Made by a program: the position numbers and the translations under genes. This document shows, one piece after another, positions 1 through 12,700 of a stretch of DNA of 64,000 bases. Source of the DNA: Takakia lepidozioides (taxonomy: Eukaryota > Plantae > Bryophyta); contig CM060732.1 of NCBI GenBank assembly GCA_030704615.1, positions 8,308,001 through 8,372,000 on the forward strand, given 5' to 3'. The notes beneath the pieces are model-generated. The model was given only the letters and a program-made list of their open reading frames with translations, did no database searches and was not told the origin of the DNA. The stretch's first letter is position 1. Each line of letters opens with the position of its first letter.

Positions 1-1267
1 ACAACGACACATTAGTTCCGGATATTATCCCATCCACGAACAATAACTGACTCCCTTTTCGTAAGGCGCCAGTTTCCTGATACAACTCACAAGAAAATTT
101 GCCTACCTTGCAAGTCCTGGCGACCACCGCTTCCACCAAGCGACTGATGGTATCTTCCGACAGCTCCGTGGTCGCCCGAGTCATGTTCAATTGCCGGGGC
201 TTCGTGCACTTCTTGGCCATGTGCCCGGGCTCCCCGCAATTGAAACACACTCCATCAAAGGTCGCCTTCTGTCCGCCATAAGCCGCTCCACCCGCTTTTC
301 TTTTCGAAGCACCGGGTGCCGCCTTAACGTGTGAAGGCCCTCCCTTCGATTTCCACGTGCCATTGTCGCCGCGTGGCCTATCCCACTTCTTTTCCGGTCG
401 GAATGAGTCACCTTCCCGTCGGGTCTTCTTGTGGTTCAGCTCCGTACGGCCTTGTCTCTCACCCCTAGGGACATCCGAGAAACATTCAGCCCTCTCAATT
501 GCCTCGTTCAAAGTCTTGGGTGGCTTCTCCTCCAACTTCCGCCTGGCCCATGGGGCCAGTCCCGCCACAAAGTTGAAGACCATTTCTGGTTCTGCCATGT
601 CCGCGACTTCGAGCAACAGCACATTGAAAGCCTGGACATACCCCCGAATGTCATCTGTTTGCTTCAAATTCCTCATCTTGTCCCGGGCAAGCCAGGACGC
701 GTTGAGGGGCACAAACTGTCTCTTCATCAATTCCTTGAACCCACTCCAATTCAAGGTTTCCAGGCTTGGACCTCGGTCGTGAAGGCGTTTCTGCCACCAT
801 TGTTGAGCATAGCCCCTCAAATAGGTGGGAGCCACTTCCACCCGATCCTCGTCACTCAACTTGGCCGCCCGGAAGTACTGCTCTAGCTCCAGGAGCCAGG
901 TGTTGAGTGCCTTCCGATTTCGGACGCCCTCGAAGGTGTCGGGTTCCTTAGGCTTCACCTTAAACTTTGCCTTAGTGGAAGTGGCATTAGCCGCCTTCAA
1001 CACGTCTTTCAACGTCCCGCCAAACTGCGCCAACAACCCTTCCCAAAAGGCTGCCGGCATGGGAGGCATCTCTTGGTTTGTCGGAGCTCTCAAGGATTCC
1101 TCGGGCTCCGACTCCTCGGATTCCTCCCGCTCTTGAGCGGCCTTGTTTTCGAAAACATGCATCGCTTCCTCAAACGGCCGCCTCGGTGACACGTCGCCCC
1201 CATCGGGCTCACCGGGATCATCATCTTTTGGGCCGTTCCGCTTTCGCTTCGGCTTGCCCGACCCCAT
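1..1267 (-). CDS. gag-pol (partial) of chromovirus copy 1, with an intact CCHC zinc knuckle
   Basis: Minus frame from ATG 1267 parallels the 28058 ORF and encodes CFNCGEPGHMAKKC at about 207-248; it leaves the window. Confidence 0.85.
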   Translation of the reverse strand, partial: MGSGKPKRKRNGPKDDDPGEPDGGDVSPRRPFEEAMHVFENKAAQEREESEESEPEESLRAPTNQEMPPMPAAFWEGLLAQFGGTLKDVLKAANATSTKAKFKVKPKEPDTFEGVRNRKALNTWLLELEQYFRAAKLSDEDRVEVAPTYLRGYAQQWWQKRLHDRGPSLETLNWSGFKELMKRQFVPLNASWLARDKMRNLKQTDDIRGYVQAFNVLLLEVADMAEPEMVFNFVAGLAPWARRKLEEKPPKTLNEAIERAECFSDVPRGERQGRTELNHKKTRREGDSFRPEKKWDRPRGDNGTWKSKGGPSHVKAAPGASKRKAGGAAYGGQKATFDGVCFNCGEPGHMAKKCTKPRQLNMTRATTELSEDTISRLVEAVVARTCKVGKFSCELYQETGALRKGSQLLFVDGIISGTNVSL

Positions 1268-1322
1268 GATGAGGCCAATCCCAAGGACGATCGCGTACTA
1301 AACTCTAAGCTCTGATACCAAG

Positions 1323-2036
1323 TGTCGCGCACCTCCCTTTGGTAAGCTCCCCTTCACAACATAGTTACTCGCTTTGATGCGCGCGCCTGACTCCCAACCT
1401 GGACGCTGGGCCAACTTGGAGCTTCGGTTGCTCACCGGGACATAACGGTCCCCCTTCGCTTCCCACTAAACCCTCCACCTATTTGGGACTAGTGGAATTC
1501 CCTTTGGTAGATGGCAGTCCGGAACAGCTCCCCACTCTTTGGTCGCTTTCCAGCTCGCTCGCTTACTCACTAGATTTGGTCACCAATGGGCTTGCACCGT
1601 TCTCGGGGTTACTACTCCCTATATATACTTCTGTAGCTGTCCGCGGGGTTTCACAACCAGCCATGCCATTTTATGGCGAACCACCACGAAAACCCTCGAC
1701 TCCCGGTGATGAGTCGCGGTGAGTCTTGGCCCGCTCACCACGGCCGTGATGAGTCCCAAGACTCCCCACGACTCCCACCACGAGGTCTCCGCCCCCATGG
1801 TGAGTCCTATGCCACCCCCACTAAGTCCCGCTAAGCTACCACCACCCCCCTTGTGGAGCCACCCCCACCGCAACCCGGTGTGCGGGGCTCCACCTCGTGA
1901 GCGCCTCCGCCTCCTTGAGTGCCTTGGGCACTCAAGGGTGCTTCAGCCCCCATACCTATCGCTGCCGCTGCCCCCACCACAGGGGCAGCCACTCATGTGT
2001 CCCAACCCCCTGCCCTCAAGGCAAAGGGCCGCGACA
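1323..2036 (-). repeat. 5' LTR of chromovirus copy 1
   Basis: Reverse-complement homologue of 27278-28002 and 33445-34170; adjacent to the PBS. Confidence 0.93.
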
Positions 2037-3722
2037 CCACCTGCATGCCTAGGACGTTTCCCTAGGAGCCCTCCTCTGGATCTTTGATGAATGGCGGCAC
2101 AAGGAAGTCTCTCTCCCTCCCTTTATAAACCCTACCTTTTGAAACCAAGCTTTTTTTTTCTTGTGCTTGGCAAGACCTTGCTTTGGTTAAGGTAGCAGTG
2201 TTGTGGTGCTAGCGGAGTCCTCCCTGCACGGTTAGGCTTGTGGAGAGATGGCGACTCTCCCTCAAACAGTCAAAAAGGTTTTTTTTCTGTTGGTTTTGCT
2301 TCCTTGTTTCCTTTGGCATTCTCTGCACTTAGATTGAGGTGTATTTGACCTCGATAGCAAGTGTGGAAGCCTGCTACTCACCTAGTGCATCCTCACTAAC
2401 TCACAATGCGTTGTGGTTGTTTTTGGGACGGGCACAGGTGAGGGCTTCCACTTAATATTCTGATGTCTAGGTGCTGCTGGATGCCAAGTGGGATTGCAGA
2501 GCAGGGGAAGGAATCGTTTGCCAGGGACTCATCCTAAAATGTTGAAACACTAAACTACTCTATGGTTTTTCTTGATCCTGCCTCTTTTCTTCTTTGATTT
2601 TTGAAGAACAAGTGTAATGCTTTCTACGATGGGCTAGTTCGGCCCAACCAGTGGAAAACCTCTGTTATGATGTGACAGCCGGGTTTATGATGGCTTGTGT
2701 GAGAGACACACGTCTGTTTTCCAGGCCCTAGTTTGCTTTGCTTACCTTATGGTAGTTGGAAACAAATTGAGAGGCTGCAAGGAACTATTTGCTGCAGCTA
2801 CTCGGGTACCTCTGTTGGTAAAAGGCCCCTGTTATGTTCCAACCCAGATGGCTTGTTAGCTAGATGCTTAGGCCAGGGTATGGTGAAGTTTCTGCTTGTG
2901 GCTATTCGGCTGACACTGAAATATGGCAGTAATATAAATGGTAACTGGTTTTTGAGGCAGCCAGGGTGGTCAAGTGGAAATACCCCCTGGACATGGTGTA
3001 ATGACATGGTCAAATGTGGAATGATGTGAAGGGTGTACTGACAGTACCATATACTGTCACGGGATGTGTATGCAGTCCTTTATATTTACCTTGTTGTGTC
3101 ATGAGCTTTGATTTTCAGCTGTAGCAAGAAATAAAGGTATAGGGGTGTTCTGGAAAACTTACCAGACATATCCACATCCCCTGTGGGGGCAAGTTGTACT
3201 GCACACCAGTCTAAAACAAATACTGGCAAGGCAAGGTATTTAAACCTGTGATATCCAAGTGTTCTTTTCTTTTCTAAGAAAACCCTCTATGACACCCATG
3301 GGGTTTTAGTAAGTATGTTTGGATTACAGCTTGCAGACAGTAAATATGTATGACTATATGACCTGCACCACATGAAGGCCAAAATATGGCCAAGTACCCG
3401 CCATCCCACCCAGACCTCTGTAAGTGAATCATGATCTTGACTGGTGGTCAATCAGCATCAGTGGCATACTCTCTGGATTATGAATCATACTGACATGAAC
3501 ACATTACTGTGCATGGATGTAATTCTGGATTTTCTAAGCTTGATGATTGATGGATGGTGCCACTATTAAGTGGCTGATATGTCTATTTATTCTTTCATGA
3601 CAACGACCCTAGGGGTCCTGTCTTGGTCTTGACATGACAAAATGTATCTTCCCTCTGTTTTTTGCTACTCACAAAAATAAACAAACCACAAGGGAGAGAG
3701 GGTGTAGAAAAAGTTAAAAAGA

Positions 3723-5150
3723 TTGTACTCATAAGACGTTGTTTGCCGTAGTCTTGTGGCCATTGACCCCGCGCCCAGTTTGAGCGGAAACAAAAGGGAC
3801 AGAACCTGCCTCTGTCAGGGGCTGACGTTGGTAGTAAGACTTACCTGCATATATAGAATTAATCTGGGTTTTCCAGATATCCTCTAGAAATCCCTTCACA
3901 CAAGCATCAATCTGTTGTATGTGATTTGCCCAATAACTAGGCCTCAGGAGGGCCTGGGCTTTTGGCTCAGCCTTGAGACTTTCAAAGTTGGTAAACAGAC
4001 GTACAGACACAATTCTCTTGATAGATTTGAAGAGAGAGTCTCTTTGGTGAGAGAACCCGGACAGTGTATCAGAAAATGAGTACTGTCTTCAAATTGCCCA
4101 CACAACGAGCAATTGCACTCTCCCTTTCCTCTCTGCTTCTGTTTGCTATTCAAAGGTAGGCTTCCTGCCCTGAGTTTAAATTTCAGTCTAGTGCCGAGAG
4201 TGGGTAGATCCTTGAGGTCATCCAAGATGTCCTCCCCCATGTCACTGACTGGAAACAAGTTCAGGGAAGTTTTCTGCCTAACTTCATTTTGGGGTTTGCT
4301 ATTCTATCAGCTATCAGCCATCAGTCATCTACCATCAGTGTGACGTGGATGCGCAAACGGCAGCCACATGGCAATATAATATTTTTTTCTCGGGCTGCCC
4401 GTAATTGTATGCTTGGATTTGTGAGAAACAATAATGAAAAATGACACGGGATTGTACTGACATGCCACCTTTGGATGCCGAAGGTGGACGCTGAGCGGGA
4501 GAACATAAAGGTAAAATAAATGGATGTAAAAAATAAATAAAAAAATAAAAATAAAACCAACATTGTACTGCATGCACCTTTGGCTGCCGAAGGTGGAGGC
4601 TAAGCGGGAGAACATAAAGGTAAAAACGAAATAAATGGATGTTTGGGAAAAAAAAAAAAAAAAAACCAACATGAGATATGGACTTCTAACGTGGAAGAAT
4701 TCTGCATGTTTTTTAGCCGTTTTAATCTCTAGCTTGGATTATCGTATGCTACGGAAATGTCCAATGATGCTGGTGAAAAATATATATAATTGTTGGACCT
4801 AAGTTGAACGAAGGTAGCTCTTCTATCCTTGTATAAGGTACTTTTCGCTTTTTGGAATGTGATCTTTTATTCAATTTCAAACTCTAAAATTTATTTTTTT
4901 CCGGGCAGGTTCGTTGGGCAGATTGAAATGTTCTTGTTCACCTTCGTTGACCTTCGTCACTGATGGAATTGCGTGGGTAACTGACAGAATAGGAGCTCTC
5001 CTTCATTTTCATCAGACAATCTCATGGCAACAGACATGGCTTTGGACACTACAGCCTCCAAGTCAGATTTATCAACCCATATTGCAGATCCGTACTCCAA
5101 GGTGGGTCTAATAATGCGACAATTCTTAACCTCAGAGTTGTCCCCTCTGC
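3723..5150 (-). mobile_element. 5'-truncated, internally deleted LINE (same family as 57639-62475)
   Basis: ORF2 C-terminus (CSLCGQFEDSTHFLIHC...ANNVL*); 17-bp TSD AGAAAA(A/G)GTTAAAAAGA at 3706-3722 and 5151-5167. Confidence 0.88.
4291..5000. mobile_element. Mutator-like MITE inserted in the LINE fragment
   Basis: 9-bp TSD CTTCATTTT (4282-4290, 5001-5009); imperfect TIRs GGGGTTTGCTATTCTATCAG / GAGAGCTCCTATTCTGTCAG; AT-rich interior with an internal duplication. Confidence 0.8.
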
Positions 5151-7426
5151 AGAAAAGGTTAAAAAGAGAGAGGAAGAGGGAAGATACTTTTTGTCATGTC
5201 AAGACAAGGACAGGACCCCTAGGGTTATTGTCATGAAAGAATAATCAGACATATCAGCCACTTAACAGTGGCACCATCCATCAATCATCAAGCTTAGAAA
5301 ATCCAGAATTACATCCATGCACAATAATGTGTTCATGTCAGTATTATTCATAACCCAAAGAGTATGCCACTGATGCATTGACCACTAGTCATGATCATGA
5401 TACATATTCAGAGGTCTGGGTGGGATGGCGGGTATTTGGCCATATTTTGGCCTTGATGTGTTGCAGGTCAAATGGTCATACAGATTTACTGTCCGCAAGT
5501 TGTAATCCAAGCATACTTACTCAAACCCCATGGGTGTCATGGAGGGTTTTTTTTCCAAAACAAAAAGAACAAGAAGAACACTTGGACATCACAGATTTAA
5601 ATATCTTGCCCTGCCAATATTTGCTTAGACTGGTCTGCAGCAAAGCTTGCCCCCACAGGGGAGGTGGATATGTCTGGTAAGTTTTCCAGAATACCCCTAT
5701 ACCTTTATTTCTTGCTACAGCTGAAAATCAAAGTTCGTGACCCAACAAGGTAAAGATAAAGGACTGCATACACATCATGTGACAGTATATAATACTGTCA
5801 GTACATCCTATTTACATCATTCCACATTTGACCATGTCATTACACCATGTCTAGGGGGTATTTCCACTTGACCACCCTGGCTGCCTCAAAAACCAATTAT
5901 CAGTTATATATTGCTGTCATATTTCATTGTCAGCCGAATATCCACAGGCAGAATCTTCACCATACCCTAGCCTAAACATCTAGCTAACAAAGCCATCTGG
6001 GTTGGAACATAACAGGGGCCAACATGGGTACCTGAATAGCTGCAACAAACAGCTCCTTACAGCCTCTCAAATTGTTTCCAACTACCATAAGGTAAACAAA
6101 GCAAACTAGGGCGTGGAAAACAGATGTGTGTCTCTCACACAAGCCATCATAAACCCGGCTGTCACAACAAAGCAGAGGTCTTCATTGGCTAGGCCGAAAA
6201 TAGCCCATCGTAGAAAGCATTACACTTGTTCTTCAAAAATAAAGGAAGGAAAGAGGTAGGATCAAGAAAAACCATAGAGTAGTTTAGTTTTTCAACATTT
6301 TAAGATGAGTTCCTGGCAAGCGATTCATTCCCCTGCTCTGCAATCCCACTTGGCATCCAGCAGCACCTAGACATCAGAATATTAAGTGGAAGCCCTCACA
6401 TGTGCCCGTCCCAAAAACAACCACAACGCATTGTGAGTTAGTGAGGATGCATGAGGTGAGTAGCAGGCTTCCAAACTTGCTATCGAGGTCAAATACACTT
6501 CAATCTAAGCGCAGATAATGCCAAAGAAAGCAAGGAAGCAAAACAAACAGAAAAAAAAACCTTTTTTACTGTTTGGGGGAGAGTCGTCATCTCTCCACAC
6601 GCCTAACCGTGCAGGGAGGACTCCGCCAGCACCACAACACTGCTACCTTAATCAAAGCAAAGTCTTGCCAAGCACAAGAAAAAAGAGCTTGGTCTCACAA
6701 GGTAGGGTTTATAAAGGGAGGGAGAGAGACTTCCTTGTTCTACCAATACGCCGCCATTCATCAAAGATCCAGAGGAGGGCTCCTAGGGAAACGTCATAAG
6801 TATGCAGGTGGTACCTCCGCCATCACTGCCGCGGTTCCTTTGTGCAGCAAAAAAACAGACAACAGAGATTGTGAATCTTCCCTCATCTCTAAGCCACCGC
6901 CATCGCCTTAAAGAGCCCGCCTAGGCGGCGCTCACAGGAGCCATAAACACTCAAGGATTGGCAGCTCAAGGTATCTGCAGCACGAGCACCATCGCTCCTC
7001 CCAAGCCGCCATTGCGCGCGCTCTCGCAGCGCAAAAAGAAAGACATTAGGGTTGCGCAGGGTTTTCCCCTGTCTGGCCTGTCATTCATCCTTCTCAGGAT
7101 GAAAAATATCCGCCAGCCTGTACGTCCGACGGACGTTGTTCGTTTCTCATTCGCGGAAGATGAAAGACATCGTGCGTTCATCATGTCTTGAACTCGACGG
7201 ATGCAGTCCGCTTTTCATCTAGGTTAGATGAAAAACATCGGGGGGTTTTTTTTTTTTTTTAATTTTTTTATACCTGTCTTGCCCCGTATTTAGGTCCTGT
7301 CAGATGAAGTCCTTTTTTCGTCCAAGTTGGATTGAAAAAAGTGACGGGAGTTTTGCAATCAGTATATTCCGATTTGATGTTCGGATGAAGCAAAAAACCT
7401 CACAGGTATTTAGTGAAGAAATGTTT

Positions 7427-9700
7427 CACTAGGAAAAAAATGTATTTTGGATAAAAAAAACATCCAAAATTCCCTGCAACCCAACTTTTTCATTTTTTTC
7501 AAAAATGGAAGTCGGGACAACAATTCCATAAACCCAGTTTCCAAAGGGAGAGAGAGGGAGAGAGAGAGGGAAGATATTCATGTCATGTCAAGACATGGAC
7601 AAGACCCACTAGGGTCATTGTCAATTAAAGACATAAACAACCCAAAACAAGGCACTATCTAACATTTCCATTCTTGTCATAGCTTCCCATGAATTGACAT
7701 CACCCAATCAGTCATGATAAAATAGGGTGGGAGGGCGGGGTTTGTTCATGTAGGGGATGCAAGCATCGTTGAACATCCGAAATCCGGCCATCTTGGCCAA
7801 TGAATCATTTGTTCATGTGTGGGACAAAATAAGATATTGTTGCCCATGTGCAGGCTGCAAGGCCTCTTGGTTCAGCCTGTACACATACCAGCAGCCTACC
7901 ATTTCAGCCATTAATTATGGCAGGTCATGTATCAGCCAAGGCATAAGGACCAGCCTGCAGTTTGTCAGAATCTCAGTATGCCACCAAGCAGTCCAACTTG
8001 AGCAAGATGAAATAAATTCCATATTATTTGTATTCACCCCGAGACATGTGATCATACAAGGTATCAAGGGAATGTGAATGCAGCCTGTCAAATTGCAGGT
8101 TCAAGACTTGTACAAACAAGCAGCATGAACAGCCGAGATTCAGCCTCTTTTGTATATAAAAAACCAGATTGCAGGTCATAGGCCTGATGTCATGACAGAG
8201 GCAAAACTATAGGTAGGATCCCATTGCAGCTTACCATCCTCATCCTTCAAGAGTTCCATGCTAAGACATGCAAAGAACACCTTATTACGATCCAGTACAC
8301 ATCAGAAGTAGGCCTGAAAAGGAGCAGGGCAGTACTCTACCAGGCTGCCGCCTTAAACTTCAAGGCCACCAGATCCATAGATACCCAAAACCGCCAAAAA
8401 CATACCGCCAAAAAAGATCCTCTTTGGCCAAAATAACTTACAACCTAGCTTAATAATCCACAAGCTTTGCTGTCAAAGATCAAAATGTAGGGTATGGTTT
8501 GTATATAAGCCTCAGGAAACAGGCCCGTCAGGCCGAGCTGCGCATCGGCGGTAGAACGACAAAGGCCAGAACGCAGGCTGTAGCATGTCAAGCCAGAGGC
8601 AGTCGGGTTGAAATCGGGGCTGCAGGCAGCAGCCACCTCACAGCGCACAAACCCCTAGGTCTCCTCAGCCCATATCCCAATCTGCATGCTCAAGAAACTT
8701 CAAAGTAGGTGAGGATCCTCACCTGGTCCCATCACAAGCCCCCACAAAAACCAACAGGTTAGTGAGGATTGTGGAATCCCAGGTGAATCACAGACCCTCA
8801 CACTTGTCATCGATGTGAACTAAGAAACTCAAAAGCAAGAGAAAGAGATAAGAACATGAGAATCCTTAAACTCCAAAGGCACCTTAAGCGATTGGGAAAG
8901 AGGGTTATGCGCCATCACCACCCGCAACAAGTCGTCTCCACAAAGTACATAAGCAATGAAGCAAAGCAGGCACAATCGCAAGGCACTAGAAAGGAGGGAG
9001 AGAACATAAGCATCATTGCTAAGCACAAAAAAAACCAGAGGAGGGAAGATGCCACTGCATTCATTGCGGTGTTTCCCGCTGCAAGAGAGACAAGACGCCG
9101 CCTTCGCGCCCCCCCAAGACGCTCGTCCAGCATGGATACAACACCACAAACGGGGCAGCCACCGAAGCACGTCCGCCATAACACTCTCCTCGCGAGCACA
9201 GAAGCACATCGCGTACTTCTGACAGCGGGAGAGACGACATAGGGTTGTCCCCCGATTATTCATCCGTGGATGAAAAACAGTAGGACGCATCCGTATACCC
9301 TGACGGATTTCATCCGCAACAAGGTTTTTAATAGGTTTTGGGGTAGGGGTTAGGGTTTCCACCGTAATTAATCATAATTAGGGGTAGTAAAGATCAATTC
9401 CAGGCCATAATCACATCATCCATAGACAGATCACTTGTGTCAGGATGAAAAAGTAGGGAATATCATCCGTGGCAGCGCCTTACCTCCATCTAGGTAATTC
9501 TATCATTCCTCCCCAGACCATCCGGTATGGATAAAAAGAGTCAATAAAAGAAGAATGAAAAATTATCACCCTAGTATCCGGTACGGATGGAAAAACAGGA
9601 TGCTGTTGGCAACCTCCATAGAAGTAATTCTTTTCTTCCATGGTGACTCATCCGATATGGATGAAAAAGCCTGATAGAGGATGAGAAAACAAGAAGTCAA
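7427..9700 (-). mobile_element. Diverged copy of the foldback-arm repeat family, possibly a CACTA/EnSpm derivative
   Basis: 7550-7625 resembles 5170-5235; shares the stem-loop motif at about 8707-8802; CACTAGGAAAA at 7427 faces ...TTTAGTG ending at 7415; many GGATGAAAAA/CATCCG repeats at 7090-7390 and 9260-9690. Confidence 0.45.
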
Positions 9701-12700
9701 CATTGATAGTAAACTGCCAATTCCCAGTAGAGAGGGAGACGGAGGGAGAGAGGGGGTTGGGGGGGAAGGTCAAATGGTGGGGTCAGCTGCAGCATATGTC
9801 CCTCTCTCCCTCTCTCTCCCTCTCTTCAATCTTGTTGCTGTTGATTCAAGTTTTTTCTTTCTTTAAAGAAAAACAACATGGAGGAACCTTTCATTTGTTA
9901 GACCAAGACATTTACATGTCTGGATAACTTGAGATGGACAAATTAATAGCCTGATGTTCCCCCTCACCTAAATCCAATCGGATTTAAAACATTGGAAGGG
10001 GACTTATGTTAATGGAATTGTTTTGAAAAAAAGACAGCTCAATCATTCTAAGACCTTACTGGATGACAGGGAGTATTCCTGGTCCATTGATTGGTTTTTC
10101 AATATTCCTACTTTTGAGGTCCTTGAAGTTTGATCCCTGGACCATTTGAATACTGATTAAATTAAATATTGTCTCAAACACGGTCCAATGATTTTTTATC
10201 CTTGGGTCTCGCTGGTTATGCTCACAATAAAAACAGTGTTGAATATTTTCATCCTGGTGGCTGTTTTTTTGCAATGCCCCTACTGATCGTCTCTTGGAAG
10301 TTTGATCCTTGGACCAGTCATATTTTAATGGAATCTTTTTGGAAAAGAGGCGGCTCAATGGTAGTGTAAAAAACTTTACCAAATGGCAGGGGTAGTCCCT
10401 GACCATTGATTGGTTTTTGATATTTACCTTTGAGTATGTTTTCTTGGATTTCATGATTTTACACATGGTCCAATAAATTTTTATCCTGGGAATTGATGGT
10501 TATATCCCCAATAGACTAGCAAGGTGCAAGTTCTATTACTTCGGGGTTTGACCCCTGGACCACACAGGATTCCTGGCATAACATGACAATGGCATGGCAA
10601 TGTCATATGACATGGGGCTGGCTCTAAGAATGGCACAACGTGGCATTATCATGATGACCTAAGCATACCTGGTCATAATTAATCCAGGATTTGTTACTTT
10701 GGATAGTGGAAGTCCTTGACGATACGGAATGTATCGGGTATATTAGTTTTGGAGATCACAATTTATCTTGCATAACCTACCGGTATAATACGAGGGATCG
10801 TGACCATCACGAGGAGATACTCAACTGGAAGTTACGCAGGTTTCTGTGACAAGAATTGGGAGTCCTCTGCTTCATATCTTCAGGGGATGTGTGAAAGTGG
10901 ATTGAGACCTTGAAAATACCTATGTGTTACGAGGTACGAGGAAATACAGATACTTCAGTAACAGACTGGTATCTCGATTGTGCAAGCCTTGTGGAGAAGG
11001 TCGATGGATGTTGACTGTCCTGAATACCTCTGGATGGCCTTGTTAACTGCCAGACTGTTGTCAGAGGCTCTTTCCTCTGATGATGAGCACAAAACTGGAG
11101 ATCCTCTTGGCAGGCGATGTGCTATCATTCCTCGTTGAGATTGCAGAGATGGGGAGTTCTCTACATGAGTGCTGCAGCAGATGTGGAGCAAAATGACAGG
11201 TTCTTTTCTGAAATCCTGCAAGCACCCTATGATGATGAAAATGCAGAAGTGGCGGCATCCCTTGGTGCCTTAAGTATGCCAATTTTGCATTGGCTCTTGG
11301 ACAGTAACAAGCAAAAGGAAGCAGCTCTCTCCCGCTACCTGGTTCCCGAGCATTTCCTTGAATCCTGACTTGCTAGTGCAGTGAGTGACCTCTCATGTCG
11401 TGAGTCGGTTGTCCATGTGATTGTTTGGTTACAAGCTGCCTAGACAGAACGCCAGGAAGAACCATCAAACACTAGGGCCAGAGCGTATGCTACATAATTT
11501 GTGTTAGGGTTCAAACCTTGAGCCAAATCTGCCCAGCAGTTGTGTGTGTTACGATTTACATTGCTGGAGTGCTCCTGAGATCCGCTCGAATCAGCCATGT
11601 CGCAAGCTGTTCTTCCACAAGCAATCAAGGTTCAGAGTGTGAATCTCTAAGGGATTTCTATGAAGGCATATGATAAAACCCAGCAGGGGGCATTTCATAG
11701 CTGACTCTGATTGTTTCCCTACATGATTCTTTATTAAAAGCTAATGCTAAGGGTGACTCATATGTTGTATAGTCCCTGCAGGCAGATGGCAAAAAGTGGA
11801 GGAGCTGGTTATGGGTTTATGATCCGTGCTTGGGAAAATCCCAGCACATTGAAGGCTTTACTCATACTTTTCAGCCTGCTTTTATTATAAACCATAGGAT
11901 GGCTAACCTGGAATGGCCTTTCTTTGTTTGTTCTGAAGGAGACTTATATGAAAACCCTAACAGGAAACAAATTACAGCTTTTCTTAGCTGTAACCTTAGG
12001 GCTTGCATAATATATTGAATATGGGGACACTTATGACTGTCTTTATGTTTTCAGACAGTTTGCATTGACCCATAGGTTATGATGCTCTTACAGCCTATAT
12101 CTCTACCTCAAGGATTCAAGATTTCGTTTTGCTTGACTTGAGAACATCTCAGTGTGTATTTTTCACTTACATAGATTCATTTTGGAAAGCAATAGCACGC
12201 GCAGGAAACTCGTTATGCACCTCAAGGACCTCACTAACACTCATTTTTTAATGTGTTGTTTTTGGGACGGGCGACAGGTGAGAGTTTCCTGCCTTCTATG
12301 AAAATATGTAATGGTGAATGCAGCTGAGAAGGATTGCAGGCTGTCAAGACATGAGACCTTCAGAAGGACAAATACAGAGAGACAGGGGAGTTACACCAGT
12401 CCCACACAGACTGAAGCACCCTGTTTGTTGTTTTTTGATAGACTCTCTAAGATAGAGGACCACTGCTCAAATGCTTGGCTGGTTTTCCTCTATTGAATTC
12501 TGTGAAAGGTAAAATGCAGCGGCTTGGCTGAATAGAATCCAACATAGGCCTTGAAACCATATGAAGTCTTCATGGATCTTTCAGACTCTGACTACAGCCC
12601 TGATTGATTTTTCTTTTACATTTTCAGACTGTTTGTCAAGACTTGGTTCCTGCGGGAGGACAAATACAAAGAGACAGCGGAGTTCCACCAGTCCCACACA

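Larger units (their letters stand above)
1..2036 (-). mobile_element. Ty3/gypsy chromovirus copy 1 (5' part; runs off the left edge), same family as 27278-34170
   Basis: Reverse complement matches 27278-29250: LTR 1323-2036 (TG...CA), tRNA-iMet PBS TGGTATCAGAGC on the minus strand at about 1309-1320, then gag and the start of the protease. Confidence 0.95.
2037..6811. repeat. Long inverted repeat (foldback) with arms at about 2037-3655 and 5176-6811
   Basis: The arms are colinear reverse complements over about 1.6 kb (e.g. CCTAGGAGCCCTCCTCTGGATCTTTGATGAATGGCGGC and its complement at about 6750-6788); the centre is occupied by a later LINE and MITE insertion. Confidence 0.9.

Noticed and set aside
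357-1136. Plus-strand ORFs over chromovirus copy 1 (and minus-strand equivalents at 28189-29401)
   Set aside because: Antisense shadows of gag
8829-9362. Overlapping ORFs in the repeat arm
   Set aside because: No domain motifs, and the frames are not conserved in the other arm copies
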